This document shows positions 1 through 8,152 of a DNA stretch of 64,000 nucleotides, piece after piece; the stretch's first letter is position 1, and each line of letters starts with the position of its first letter. The stretch is taken from positions 33,835 through 97,834 of the forward strand of contig JAHFGV010000002.1 in assembly GCA_023247255.1 (NCBI GenBank). The letters are read 5' to 3'. The notes beneath the pieces were generated by a model that saw only the letters and a list, made by a program, of their open reading frames with translations, searched no databases and had not been told where the DNA came from. Made by a program: the position numbers and the translations under genes. The stretch comes from Candidatus Omnitrophota bacterium (GTDB lineage: Bacteria > Omnitrophota > Gorgyraeia > Aquiviventales > Aquiviventaceae).

Positions 1-863
1 CGCGACAAACACCGGGATTTTCAGGAGCGGATTTAGCCAACCTCGCTAATGAAGCGGCGTTGCTTGCGGCCCGTCGGAATAAAGACGGTGTGAGTACGAA
101 AGAACTGGAAGAAGCTATCGAGCGCGTCATTGCCGGACCCGAGCGAAAGACGCGCGTATTGAATGAACGGGAAAAAAAGATCACCGCCTTTCACGAATCA
201 GGCCATGCGCTGGTCGCTCTTCTGACGCCGGATACCGATCCGGTGCATAAGGTGTCGATCATTCCCCGGGGGGCGCATGCTTTGGGATACACCATGCAAC
301 TGCCCATCGAAGACCGTTACACGATGAGTAAGACGGAGCTGCTCGCCCGCATGACGGTCATGATGGGGGGACGCGCGGCCGAGGAGATTGTCTTTAATGA
401 GATCACCACAGGGGCGCAAAATGACATCGAGACTGCAACCGAGATGGCTCGCCGCATGGTATGCGAATTTGGCATGAGCGAGCGTTTGGGTTCTCTCACC
501 TATGGCCGTCGGGAACGGCAGATGTTTTTAGGAAGAGATCTGTTTGAGGACCGCAACTACAGCGAGCAAACCGCCGTCCTCATCGATGAAGAAATTCGGA
601 GGTTGATCGATACCTGCTATCAGCGCGCCAGTCAGCTATTACTCGACTATCGTCCTCAGTTGGAAAGCCTGGCTCAGGCCTTGTTGGACAAGGAGGTGTT
701 GGATGGGGAAGCCGTCAAGCGCATCGCAGGAGTGACTACCAGCGCCGGCTCCTCAGGATCTGCTACTCTCTCAGGTGATGTTCTCCAGCCGCCCCATCTT
801 AAATCACTCCCGGAGAGTCTTTCATCTTCCAAAACAAACTCAGGCTGCAATAAGAGTGCCTAA
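1..863 (+). CDS. ftsH: ATP-dependent zinc metalloprotease FtsH, C-terminal part (5' truncated by window)
   Basis: Frame reads TPGFSGADLANLANEAAL...AFHESGHALV (HExxH), SIIPRG.ALGYT, TTGAQNDIETAT. Confidence 0.97.
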   Translation, partial: RQTPGFSGADLANLANEAALLAARRNKDGVSTKELEEAIERVIAGPERKTRVLNEREKKITAFHESGHALVALLTPDTDPVHKVSIIPRGAHALGYTMQLPIEDRYTMSKTELLARMTVMMGGRAAEEIVFNEITTGAQNDIETATEMARRMVCEFGMSERLGSLTYGRRERQMFLGRDLFEDRNYSEQTAVLIDEEIRRLIDTCYQRASQLLLDYRPQLESLAQALLDKEVLDGEAVKRIAGVTTSAGSSGSATLSGDVLQPPHLKSLPESLSSSKTNSGCNKSA

Positions 864-1067
864 CTGGGCTTTTGCAAAAATAGCCAACACGTTGACGGAG
901 CGTTGTGTCATGTTTCATGTGTCACGAGTCATGGAAAGCAAAAGGAGCCCTTTGGCCATACTTGAGGTGCCTATTTATTTTCTGCTTTTTCATGACACAT
1001 AAACCATGAAACATGACACAGACGTGAGCACTACCACTAACCGCGATGCATTTTGCAAAACCTCAGT
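863..1067. mobile_element. MITE/REP-like palindromic element, family A copy 1
   Basis: Terminal IR actgggcttttgcaaaa / ttttgcaaaacctcagt, internal IR tgtgtcatg / catgacaca; homolog at 62400-62621. Confidence 0.75.
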
Positions 1068-1208
1068 GCCGACATAATGAGCACATGGCCGCGATCATTA
1101 TGTTAGGCACTTTAGTCTGTATCTTCTTCCACTCATACAAACGAACGCATTCGTGATACATCCTAGAGTTCGTTTTGCGTTTGTATGAGTTGACACCACT
1201 TTTTACGC

Positions 1209-2165
1209 ATGCCCACCGGTGTTTGGCACGCAACGATGTCATCCCCGCACTCGCCTGAAGATCAGGCCGCAGGTTTAAGGTTTCAAGACCGCATCATCCC
1301 TTGCGCTCATAGCAAGCAGCTTGCCTATCGAGGGTTTCCGCTGGTCATGGGTATTCTCAACGTCACCCCTGATTCATTCAGCGACGGCGGCCGGTTTGCG
1401 ACACTGGAAGGCGCGCGACAGCGAGCCCAGAAGATGATTAGCGAAGGGGTCGATTTGATCGACGTCGGAGGCGAATCTACCCGACCCGGCGCAAGTTTTG
1501 TTCCGCTTGAGGAAGAGCTGCAGCGGGTGATTCCGGTCGTTGAACGTCTGGCGCGGATATTACACGTGCCTATTTCTGTGGATACTCACAAAGCTGAAGT
1601 CGCCCGTCAGTCCCTGGATGTGGGTGCGTGTCTCATCAACGACGTGACGGCATTCCGGGGCGATTCCCAAATGATCTCGGTGATTGTCCGTGCCAAGGCT
1701 GCCGTTATTTTGATGCATATGCGTGGCACACCTCAGACGATGCAGGATCAGCCCCGTTACGGCCAGCTCGTTCCGGAAATCAGCGGGTGGCTTTCCCATG
1801 CGGCTCAACAGGCTGAGGTTGCTGGCGTGGAGCGCTCACGTATTCTCATTGACCCTGGCCTGGGATTTGGAAAAACACTTGAGCATAACCTTCAACTGAT
1901 GCGAGGACTCGACGCTTTTGTGGCGCTGGGTTATCCGGTCGTGGTCGGGCCTTCCCGTAAATCGTTTATTGGAAAGACGCTCGATTTGGATGTCGAGGAC
2001 CGGCTAGCGGGAACGCTGGCCTGCGTGGCTTATGCGCAGTTGCAGGGAGTGCACATCGTTCGGGTCCACGATGTGCCGCCGGCTGTTCAAGTTATTCAGA
2101 TGATTCGGGCGATTGAGGAATCTCAAGGATCAGAAAAAGCAGATGCGCTTGGGTGTCAACGTTGA
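1209..2165 (+). CDS. folP: dihydropteroate synthase (start uncertain)
   Basis: MGILNVTPDSFSDGG, DVGGESTRPG, IDPGLGFGK, SRKSFIG, VRVHDV. Confidence 0.96.
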   Translation: MPTGVWHATMSSPHSPEDQAAGLRFQDRIIPCAHSKQLAYRGFPLVMGILNVTPDSFSDGGRFATLEGARQRAQKMISEGVDLIDVGGESTRPGASFVPLEEELQRVIPVVERLARILHVPISVDTHKAEVARQSLDVGACLINDVTAFRGDSQMISVIVRAKAAVILMHMRGTPQTMQDQPRYGQLVPEISGWLSHAAQQAEVAGVERSRILIDPGLGFGKTLEHNLQLMRGLDAFVALGYPVVVGPSRKSFIGKTLDLDVEDRLAGTLACVAYAQLQGVHIVRVHDVPPAVQVIQMIRAIEESQGSEKADALGCQR

Positions 2166-2862
2166 TCATATTGCGACCTTAAGGCAGGCCCGGAAAACTT
2201 CAAACCCGGATCCGAAAGATGCTGCTCGAATATGTGAGCAGGCCGGGGCCAGCAGCATCGTGTGTCATCTGCGGGAAGATCGGCGTCATATTCAAGACAC
2301 AGACGTTTGGCGACTGCGGCAGTCCATCACCACTCGCTTGAATCTGGAGATGTCTATCGCCAAAGGGATTGTCGCCATCGCCCTTGCGGTCAAACCCGCA
2401 CAGGTGACTCTGGTTCCCGAGCGTCGGCAGGAACTGACGACAGAAGGTGGCCTGGATATTGTCAATCTGCGGGGCCGTCTCAAGCGGGTGGTTCGAACGT
2501 TTCAGGAACGTGGGATTGAAGTCAGCTTATTTGTGGATCCCATCATCCGTCAGTTGCAAGCGGCGCAGGACCTAGGGGTTGAAATGATTGAGCTGCACAC
2601 GGGACGATATGCCGAGGCTTCAGCACCGCGTCTGCGTTTGCATCAGTTGAGGCAACTTTCCAAAGCGGCACAGGCAGCAAGGAAACTGGAAATTTCCGTC
2701 GCTGCAGGCCACGGTTTGGACTATGACAACGTCTCTGCGGTTGTCGAGATCCCTGAGATTGAGGAACTTAACATTGGCTATGCGATCATCAGGCGAGCGC
2801 TGTTTGTCGGTCTTCAGGATGCGGTCAGAGAAATGGTCGGGTTGGTTTCTGTCCCGTCATAG
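2143..2862 (+). CDS. pdxJ: pyridoxine 5'-phosphate synthase
   Basis: LGVNVDHIATLRQAR, HLREDRRHIQ, LVPERRQELTTEGGLD, AGHGLDY. Confidence 0.97.
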   Translation: MRLGVNVDHIATLRQARKTSNPDPKDAARICEQAGASSIVCHLREDRRHIQDTDVWRLRQSITTRLNLEMSIAKGIVAIALAVKPAQVTLVPERRQELTTEGGLDIVNLRGRLKRVVRTFQERGIEVSLFVDPIIRQLQAAQDLGVEMIELHTGRYAEASAPRLRLHQLRQLSKAAQAARKLEISVAAGHGLDYDNVSAVVEIPEIEELNIGYAIIRRALFVGLQDAVREMVGLVSVPS

Positions 2863-3078
2863 GACCCGGCCTTTGGCTGTGGACCGATGGTTTCGTTGGG
2901 TCTTTAGCCAAAAGCAAAAGCCCCGGGTTCTCGAGCAAACGGGTGTTTTTCCGCAGCCTGTGAGGTGCTCTTAATGCGAACCTTGCGACGTCCGTCGAAG
3001 TATCTTTGGAATAGCTCGCCTTCGCGGAATCGCAGACGTCACAAACACCCAGCTAAAATTTTAGCAAATTCCGAATCG

Positions 3079-3498
3079 ATGGCGATTGGTTGTGGAGTCG
3101 ATGTCGTGGAGTTGGATCGATTCAAGGAAGCGCTCAGACGAGGGGGGGCGGCTTTTCTCCGAAGAGTCTTTACGGCTCAAGAGGTGACTTACGCCAAGGC
3201 AAGAAAGCGAACGGTCCTTTTGCATCTGGCTGCCCGGTTTGCCGCCAAGGAAGCAGTAATCAAAGCCGTCTCGCAGATCGCTCCCCGTCGGATGCTGGCC
3301 ATGAACCAAGTCGAGGTTTGTAACGATTCGTTAGGACGGCCGCACATTTTTCTCCATGATGATCGACATCGAGGATCGACGCCGCTGACTCTATTGGTCA
3401 GCCTTTCACACACAGAGCGTGTCGCGGTGGCAAACGCCATCGCTTTTCAGAAAGGCTTTCTCCCTCACCAACCCTGCGCTCAGAAAGGCCGAAGATGA
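3079..3498 (+). CDS. acpS: holo-[acyl-carrier-protein] synthase
   Basis: GCGVDVVE, LAARFAAKEAVIKA, SLSHT; follows pdxJ. Confidence 0.94.
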   Translation: MAIGCGVDVVELDRFKEALRRGGAAFLRRVFTAQEVTYAKARKRTVLLHLAARFAAKEAVIKAVSQIAPRRMLAMNQVEVCNDSLGRPHIFLHDDRHRGSTPLTLLVSLSHTERVAVANAIAFQKGFLPHQPCAQKGRR

Positions 3499-4361
3499 TC
3501 CCGGCAGGATTGTTTCCCCCACGTAGTCCTCAGACCCACAAAGGGGATGTCGGGCGTGTTTTCATTGTTGCAGGTTCTGTCGGATTAAGCGGAGCCGCAG
3601 CCCTCTGCGCTCAGGGTGCCTTGCGTATCGGTGCGGGGCTTGTCACTCTGGGCATTCCCCGCAGCCTTCATGATTCGATGGCGGCCAAACTGACAGAGGT
3701 GATGCTCAGGGTTTTGCCAGAGACACAAGCCGGCAGCCTAGCCCTTCAGGCCTTGCCCGAGTTGATGGCTATTGTAGAGTCGATGGATGCCGTCGCCCTT
3801 GGCCCTGGACTGTCGCAGAATCCGCAAACCAAAACACTTGTTTCTCGGCTGTTGCCCAAGGTTACCCACCCCTTGGTGCTCGATGCGGATGGACTCAATG
3901 CCCTTGCCGAAGACATAGGGCTATTAAAGAAACTTCCGCTTCCGATTGTTATCACGCCACATCCCGGTGAGATGGCGCGTTTGATTCGGCAATCAGCCGC
4001 AGAGGTCCAACGAGATCGTCAACGCATTGCCGTAGAGTTCGCTAAGCGGTATCGTGTCGTCGTTGTTCTCAAAGGACACCAGACGGTGGTGGCGGATGTG
4101 GACGGTTCTATCTATGTCAACGACACCGGCAATCCTGGTATGGCCTCAGGGGGTTGCGGTGACGTATTGACAGGAATCATCGTCGGCCTTTTGGGTCAGC
4201 GTTTGTCGCTCTTTGACGCAGCGCGTCTTGGGGTGTACCTGCATGGTTTGACCGGAGACCTCGCAGCCAGCGTTCGAGGCCCAATCGGCTTGATTGCATC
4301 CGATCTGCTGGATAGAATACCCCAAGCCATCCGACAGTATCAGGCCTTGAGTCCATCTTGA
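3495..4361 (+). CDS. nnrD: ADP-dependent NAD(P)H-hydrate dehydratase (YjeF C-terminal domain)
   Basis: HKGDVGRV..AGS, LVLDADGLN, ITPHPGEMARL, NPGMASGGCGDVLTG. Confidence 0.93.
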   Translation: MIPAGLFPPRSPQTHKGDVGRVFIVAGSVGLSGAAALCAQGALRIGAGLVTLGIPRSLHDSMAAKLTEVMLRVLPETQAGSLALQALPELMAIVESMDAVALGPGLSQNPQTKTLVSRLLPKVTHPLVLDADGLNALAEDIGLLKKLPLPIVITPHPGEMARLIRQSAAEVQRDRQRIAVEFAKRYRVVVVLKGHQTVVADVDGSIYVNDTGNPGMASGGCGDVLTGIIVGLLGQRLSLFDAARLGVYLHGLTGDLAASVRGPIGLIASDLLDRIPQAIRQYQALSPS

Positions 4362-4383
4362 TCGTTACAGAACAGAATAAGAT

Positions 4384-4455
4384 GCTGGCGTAGCTCAATG
4401 GCAGAGCAACGGTTTTGTAAACCGTGGGTTGGAGGTTCAATTCCTCTCGCCAGCT
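4384..4455 (+). tRNA. tRNA-Thr(TGT)
   Basis: Cloverleaf GCTGGCG/CGCCAGC, anticodon arm ACGGT-TT-TGT-AA-ACCGT, GGTTCAATTCC T-arm; CCA not encoded. Confidence 0.97.
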
Positions 4456-4642
4456 TATTTCTCGTCTTGCGAGAGGAATTGAAGGGAGCGCCGACTCAGT
4501 TTAAGGGCGCTGCGACGGGCAGGAGCAGCGACATTCCTTTGGAGGCGCGGGTGGCCGACCCGGAGCGAGTCGAAGACGAGCGGAGGGCGCCAATTCCTCT
4601 CGCCAGCTTATTTCTCGTCTTGCGAGAGGAATCGAAGGGAGC
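4438..4642 (+). mobile_element. tRNA-Thr-anchored 153-bp element bounded by a 52-bp direct repeat of the tRNA 3' end
   Basis: caattcctctcgccagcttatttctcgtcttgcgagaggaat(t/c)gaagggagc at 4438-4489 and 4591-4642. Confidence 0.8.
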
Positions 4643-4671
4643 CGAGCCTTCGGTCAATCAAGAGAGCCGAG

Positions 4672-4747
4672 GGAATTGTCGATTGCCGATTTTCGATTGA
4701 ACGAAGGTTTTTCAATCGACAATCCAAAATCGACAATCGACAATTCC
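4672..4747. repeat. Palindromic heptamer module ggaatt-(tcgatt..)n-loop-(aatcgac)n-aattcc
   Basis: Related copies at about 5180-5241, 32349-32430, 32888-32967, 43046-43117, 48215-48302, 48360-48423, 51664-51746, 52232-52313, 58566-58645, 63225-63281. Confidence 0.85.
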
Positions 4748-4916
4748 AAGGCTGTTTCATGATCCCTTAGTCGAGGCGGGTGGCCGACCCGGAGCGAGTC
4801 GAAGACGAGCGGAGGGCGCCGATTCCTCTGGCCATCTGAGTTAGCCTCACGAGGAGTTATGGTATGGTAGGAGTTCTTAGATATTCCAGTTCTGTGCGCT
4901 GATTGCTGTTCTTCAA

Positions 4917-5002
4917 GGGCAGGTGCCGGAGTGGCCAATCGGATCAGTCTGTAAAACTGACGGGCTTACCGCCCTACCCAGGTTCGAACCCTGGCCTGCC
5001 CA
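4917..5002 (+). tRNA. tRNA-Tyr(GTA)
   Basis: GGGCAGG/CCTGCCC acceptor, TCAGT-CT-GTA-AA-ACTGA, long variable arm, GGTTCGAACCC. Confidence 0.96.
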
Positions 5003-5285
5003 TCGTTTTCAAGATATGCTTACATTTTGCCACAGGCCGGTATTTGTGAAGGGAACCCGTTTGTTCCTGCAAGAAGGGGAGGGTTCGAAGGCCGAACGCC
5101 CACCGCGTTCGGCATTCCGCGGCTGCCCCGATGACAGCCGCTGCAGGAGCCGAGCCGTCGATCAATCAAAAGAGCTGAAGGAATTGTCGATTTTCGATTG
5201 AATGAAGGTCTTTCAATCGACAATCCAAAATCGACAATTCCAACAGCTTGTCACTTGTAACTTGCTACTTGTCACTATTCTTAAT

Positions 5286-5356
5286 GCGGGTGTAGCACAG
5301 TGGTAGTGCGCTAGCCTTCCAAGCTAGTCACACGGGTTCGATTCCCGTCACCCGCT
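5286..5356 (+). tRNA. tRNA-Gly(TCC)
   Basis: GCGGGTG/CACCCGC acceptor, CTAGC-CT-TCC-AA-GCTAG, GGTTCGATTCC. Confidence 0.97.
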
Positions 5357-5537
5357 TTTTTGTCTTGTGACGGGAATCGAAGGGAGCCGCGACACAGATT
5401 AACGTCGATCCGACGAATAGGAGGATCGATATTCCTTAGGAGCGGCGGGTGGCCGACCGAAGCGAGCCGAAGGCGAGCGGAGGCGCCGATTCCCGTCACC
5501 CGCTTTTTTGTCTTGTGACGGGAATCGAAGGGAGCCG
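5339..5537 (+). mobile_element. tRNA-Gly-anchored 148-bp element bounded by a 51-bp perfect direct repeat of the tRNA 3' end
   Basis: cgattcccgtcacccgcttttttgtcttgtgacgggaatcgaagggagccg at 5339-5389 and 5487-5537. Confidence 0.8.
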
Positions 5538-5785
5538 AGCCTTCGGTCAATCAAGAGAGCCGAGGGAATTGCCGATTGTCGATTTTCGATTGAATAAAGC
5601 TATAAGAATCGGTATTGTTTGGGCTGACCTCCTTTTGCTCCCAACGCGCATTTACTCAGGAGAGCGGAAAATAGGTTGCATTACCGCCATGCCGATTCGA
5701 CGCTGCACTCAGCGCAAGGGGCAACCTTTCATTCGCTCCGCTCAGTAAGATTTAATATGAGTCAACGCGTGCGATGGCCCTGCCG

Positions 5786-5814
5786 TTGACAGTGGGCTCA
5801 AAAGATGCTAGAGT
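5786..5814 (+). promoter_or_regulatory. putative sigma70 promoter for rplM-rpsI
   Basis: TTGACA-17 nt-TAGAGT, 14 nt before the likely rplM ATG. Confidence 0.6.
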
Positions 5815-5827
5815 GATACCCTTTAGA

Positions 5828-6265
5828 ATGACGACGACATTCGCCAAAGAAATAACCGCGAAACGCCAGTGGTTGGTCATCGACGCCAAGGATCAAGTTC
5901 TGGGTCGTTTAGCCAGCCGTATCGCCCTCATTCTGCGTGGGAAGCACAAAGTTGCTTACACGCCGTTTATAGATACGGGGGATTTTGTGGTGGTGATTAA
6001 CGCCTCGAATATCGCTGTGACGGGAAACAAGCGTACTCAGAAACTTTATCAACGATATTCAGGGTATCCAGGAGGACGGAAGGTGCAGACGCTGGGTGAG
6101 GTCCTGGATACTCATCCCGATCGTGTGATTCGCCTGGCTGTAAAGAGAATGATGCCCGAAGGACCATTGAGCCGACGGATGCTGAATAAGCTTAAAATCT
6201 ATCCTGGGCCGGATCATCCGCATGTGGCGCAGCAACCGAAACCCATTTCAATAAGCAACGGTTAA
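5828..6265 (+). CDS. rplM: 50S ribosomal protein L13
   Basis: WLVIDAKDQVLGRLAS, LRGKHK..YTP..DTGDFVVVINA, HPHVAQQP. Confidence 0.98.
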   Translation: MTTTFAKEITAKRQWLVIDAKDQVLGRLASRIALILRGKHKVAYTPFIDTGDFVVVINASNIAVTGNKRTQKLYQRYSGYPGGRKVQTLGEVLDTHPDRVIRLAVKRMMPEGPLSRRMLNKLKIYPGPDHPHVAQQPKPISISNG

Positions 6266-6275
6266 GAGCTAACCC

Positions 6276-6761
6276 ATGCCTGATTTCCTAGAGTCTGCAG
6301 GGGTTGTAGAGCCTGAACCCCCAAAGACTAAAAGTCCACAGGACCCAACTGAAAGGGAAGAGCACCCAGCTGAAATGAAAGCCTCAGCCGGGACCGGACG
6401 TCGCAAGACTTCCATTGCACGCGTGCGGCTCATTCCAGGTACTGGGACCATTACGGTGAATCATACGCCTTACGAACAATGGTTTCCGCGTGAGTCGCTG
6501 CGCTTGAGCATTCGGGAACCGTTGCTGCTCACACGGCAGATTGGAAGGTATGACGTTTTCGCAAACGTGAGCGGAGGCGGTTTAAGTGGCCAGGCCGGTG
6601 CCATTCGATTAGGCATTGCGCGGGCCCTCCTTCAACTCGATCAGACCAACCGCTCGGGATTGCGCAGCGGTGGATTCTTGACTCGTGATCCTCGGATGAA
6701 GGAACGTAAGAAATACGGTCGGAAAGGCGCTCGGAAGCGATTCCAGTGGACCAAGCGGTAA
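6276..6761 (+). CDS. rpsI: 30S ribosomal protein S9 (N-terminal extension)
   Basis: [44 protein letters not shown]. Confidence 0.98.
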   Translation: MPDFLESAGVVEPEPPKTKSPQDPTEREEHPAEMKASAGTGRRKTSIARVRLIPGTGTITVNHTPYEQWFPRESLRLSIREPLLLTRQIGRYDVFANVSGGGLSGQAGAIRLGIARALLQLDQTNRSGLRSGGFLTRDPRMKERKKYGRKGARKRFQWTKR

Positions 6762-6799
6762 GGCAATCAATTTTCTGCACGAAATGTCTGCTGGTGTTA

Positions 6800-7088
6800 A
6801 GAGTGCGTCCCAGAATCTCCCGTGCCCTGCGCTGGGCCTAGCTGCGAGACCCGCAAGGCGCGAGGATCGCCGCGTACCAGCTCCTGCGGTACGCAAGCGA
6901 CGAGCAACGCCGCGGGACGACGCAGATCGGCCCAGCCAATGGGCAGACTCAGGGTTGCGGCGCCAGACGGCCATCTGCGGCGTCGCTTCTCCTCGACGTA
7001 CCACGGGGGGTACGCCGTCGTCGTCGCTCCTTGCATCTGGCCGTCTGGCGCCGCAACGCAGGGTACGCGAGATTCTGGGACGCACTCT
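6800..7088. mobile_element. ~290-bp MITE-like structured element, family B
   Basis: 20-bp terminal IR agagtgcgtcccagaatctc / gagattctgggacgcactct; internal core shared with 55494-55800 and (inverted) 22120-22282. Confidence 0.75.
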
Positions 7089-7114
7089 AAGATGACAGTT
7101 ACCAATCCTTATAG

Positions 7115-8152
7115 ATGTCCAAGCTGCGAATCGCCATTGCTGGGGCGACTGGATATGCGGGAGAAGAGCTTATCCGGATCCTTCAGCACCATCCCTTCGT
7201 TGAGCTTACCCAATTGGCGGCTTCAGCCAAATGGGACCGCCCAGTCCCATTAGCCGAAGTCTTTCCACGCTTTGCCCACCCACTGGACTTGGCGATTGAA
7301 TCCTACGATCCCCAAACGTTTGCCCAGAAAAGCGATATCGCTTTTCTGGTCCTGCCCCATGGACTCTCGATGGATTTAGTGCCTATCCTGCTCAGGGCTG
7401 GCCTTCGCGTGATCGATTTGGGAGGGGATTTCAGGCTCAAGGATCCATCGCTGTTCAACCAATGGTACGGCAGAGTTCACGGCCATCCGGAATTTCTGGC
7501 GGAGGCAGTCTATGGTCTGTCGGAGCTCAATCGAGAGTCTATTGCACAAGCTCGTTTAGTGGCCAATCCGGGGTGCTATGCAACGTCGGTTATCTTGGCC
7601 GTTGCCCCTTTGCTCCGTGCAGGGATGGTGGAACCGACCGGGATGATTGTGGATGCCAAGTCAGGGCTCACCGGGGCTGGGCGAAAGGCAGAGACATCCT
7701 TAATGTTTGCCGAGATGAATGAAAATCTGTGGGCCTATAAGGTCAATCACCATCAGCACCAGCCGGAGATTCAACAAGCGCTGCGGCCTTTCACGACAGC
7801 GCAGAAAATCTCTTTGTGTTTTGTTCCTCACGTCGTGCCGCTGAATCGGGGGATTTTTTCCACCATTTATCTGCGTCTGGCCCGGTCCTGTCGTTGGGAG
7901 GATATCGATTCCGTGTATCGGGATTTTTATCGAGACACCCCATTCGTGCGCATGCGTCCCGCGCAGTCCTGGCCCAAGGTGAGTGACGTGGCGGGCACGA
8001 ACTTTTGCGATCTGGCTTTTACCGTTGATACCGACCAGCGCTTGGTGGTGGTCGGCGCAGTGATCGATAACTTAACCAAAGGAGCTGCGGGCCAGGCCGT
8101 GCAGAATCTGAATCTTATGGCTGGCTGGTCCGAGACGATGGGTCTGTTGTGA
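7115..8152 (+). CDS. argC: N-acetyl-gamma-glutamyl-phosphate reductase
   Basis: GATGYAGEELIRIL, VANPGCYATS, DAKSGLTGAG, IDNLTKGAAGQAVQNLN. Confidence 0.97.
   Translation: MSKLRIAIAGATGYAGEELIRILQHHPFVELTQLAASAKWDRPVPLAEVFPRFAHPLDLAIESYDPQTFAQKSDIAFLVLPHGLSMDLVPILLRAGLRVIDLGGDFRLKDPSLFNQWYGRVHGHPEFLAEAVYGLSELNRESIAQARLVANPGCYATSVILAVAPLLRAGMVEPTGMIVDAKSGLTGAGRKAETSLMFAEMNENLWAYKVNHHQHQPEIQQALRPFTTAQKISLCFVPHVVPLNRGIFSTIYLRLARSCRWEDIDSVYRDFYRDTPFVRMRPAQSWPKVSDVAGTNFCDLAFTVDTDQRLVVVGAVIDNLTKGAAGQAVQNLNLMAGWSETMGLL

Noticed and set aside
4438-5593. CRISPR array
   Set aside because: Repeats are tRNA-derived, only 2-3 per locus with ~100-bp partly homologous spacers, and no cas genes are present.
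6609-7253. Several overlapping 100-160 aa ORFs, or tmRNA/RNase P, between rpsI and argC
   Set aside because: The ORFs arise from a GC-rich palindromic element with terminal IRs; no tmRNA or RNase P signature was recognised.
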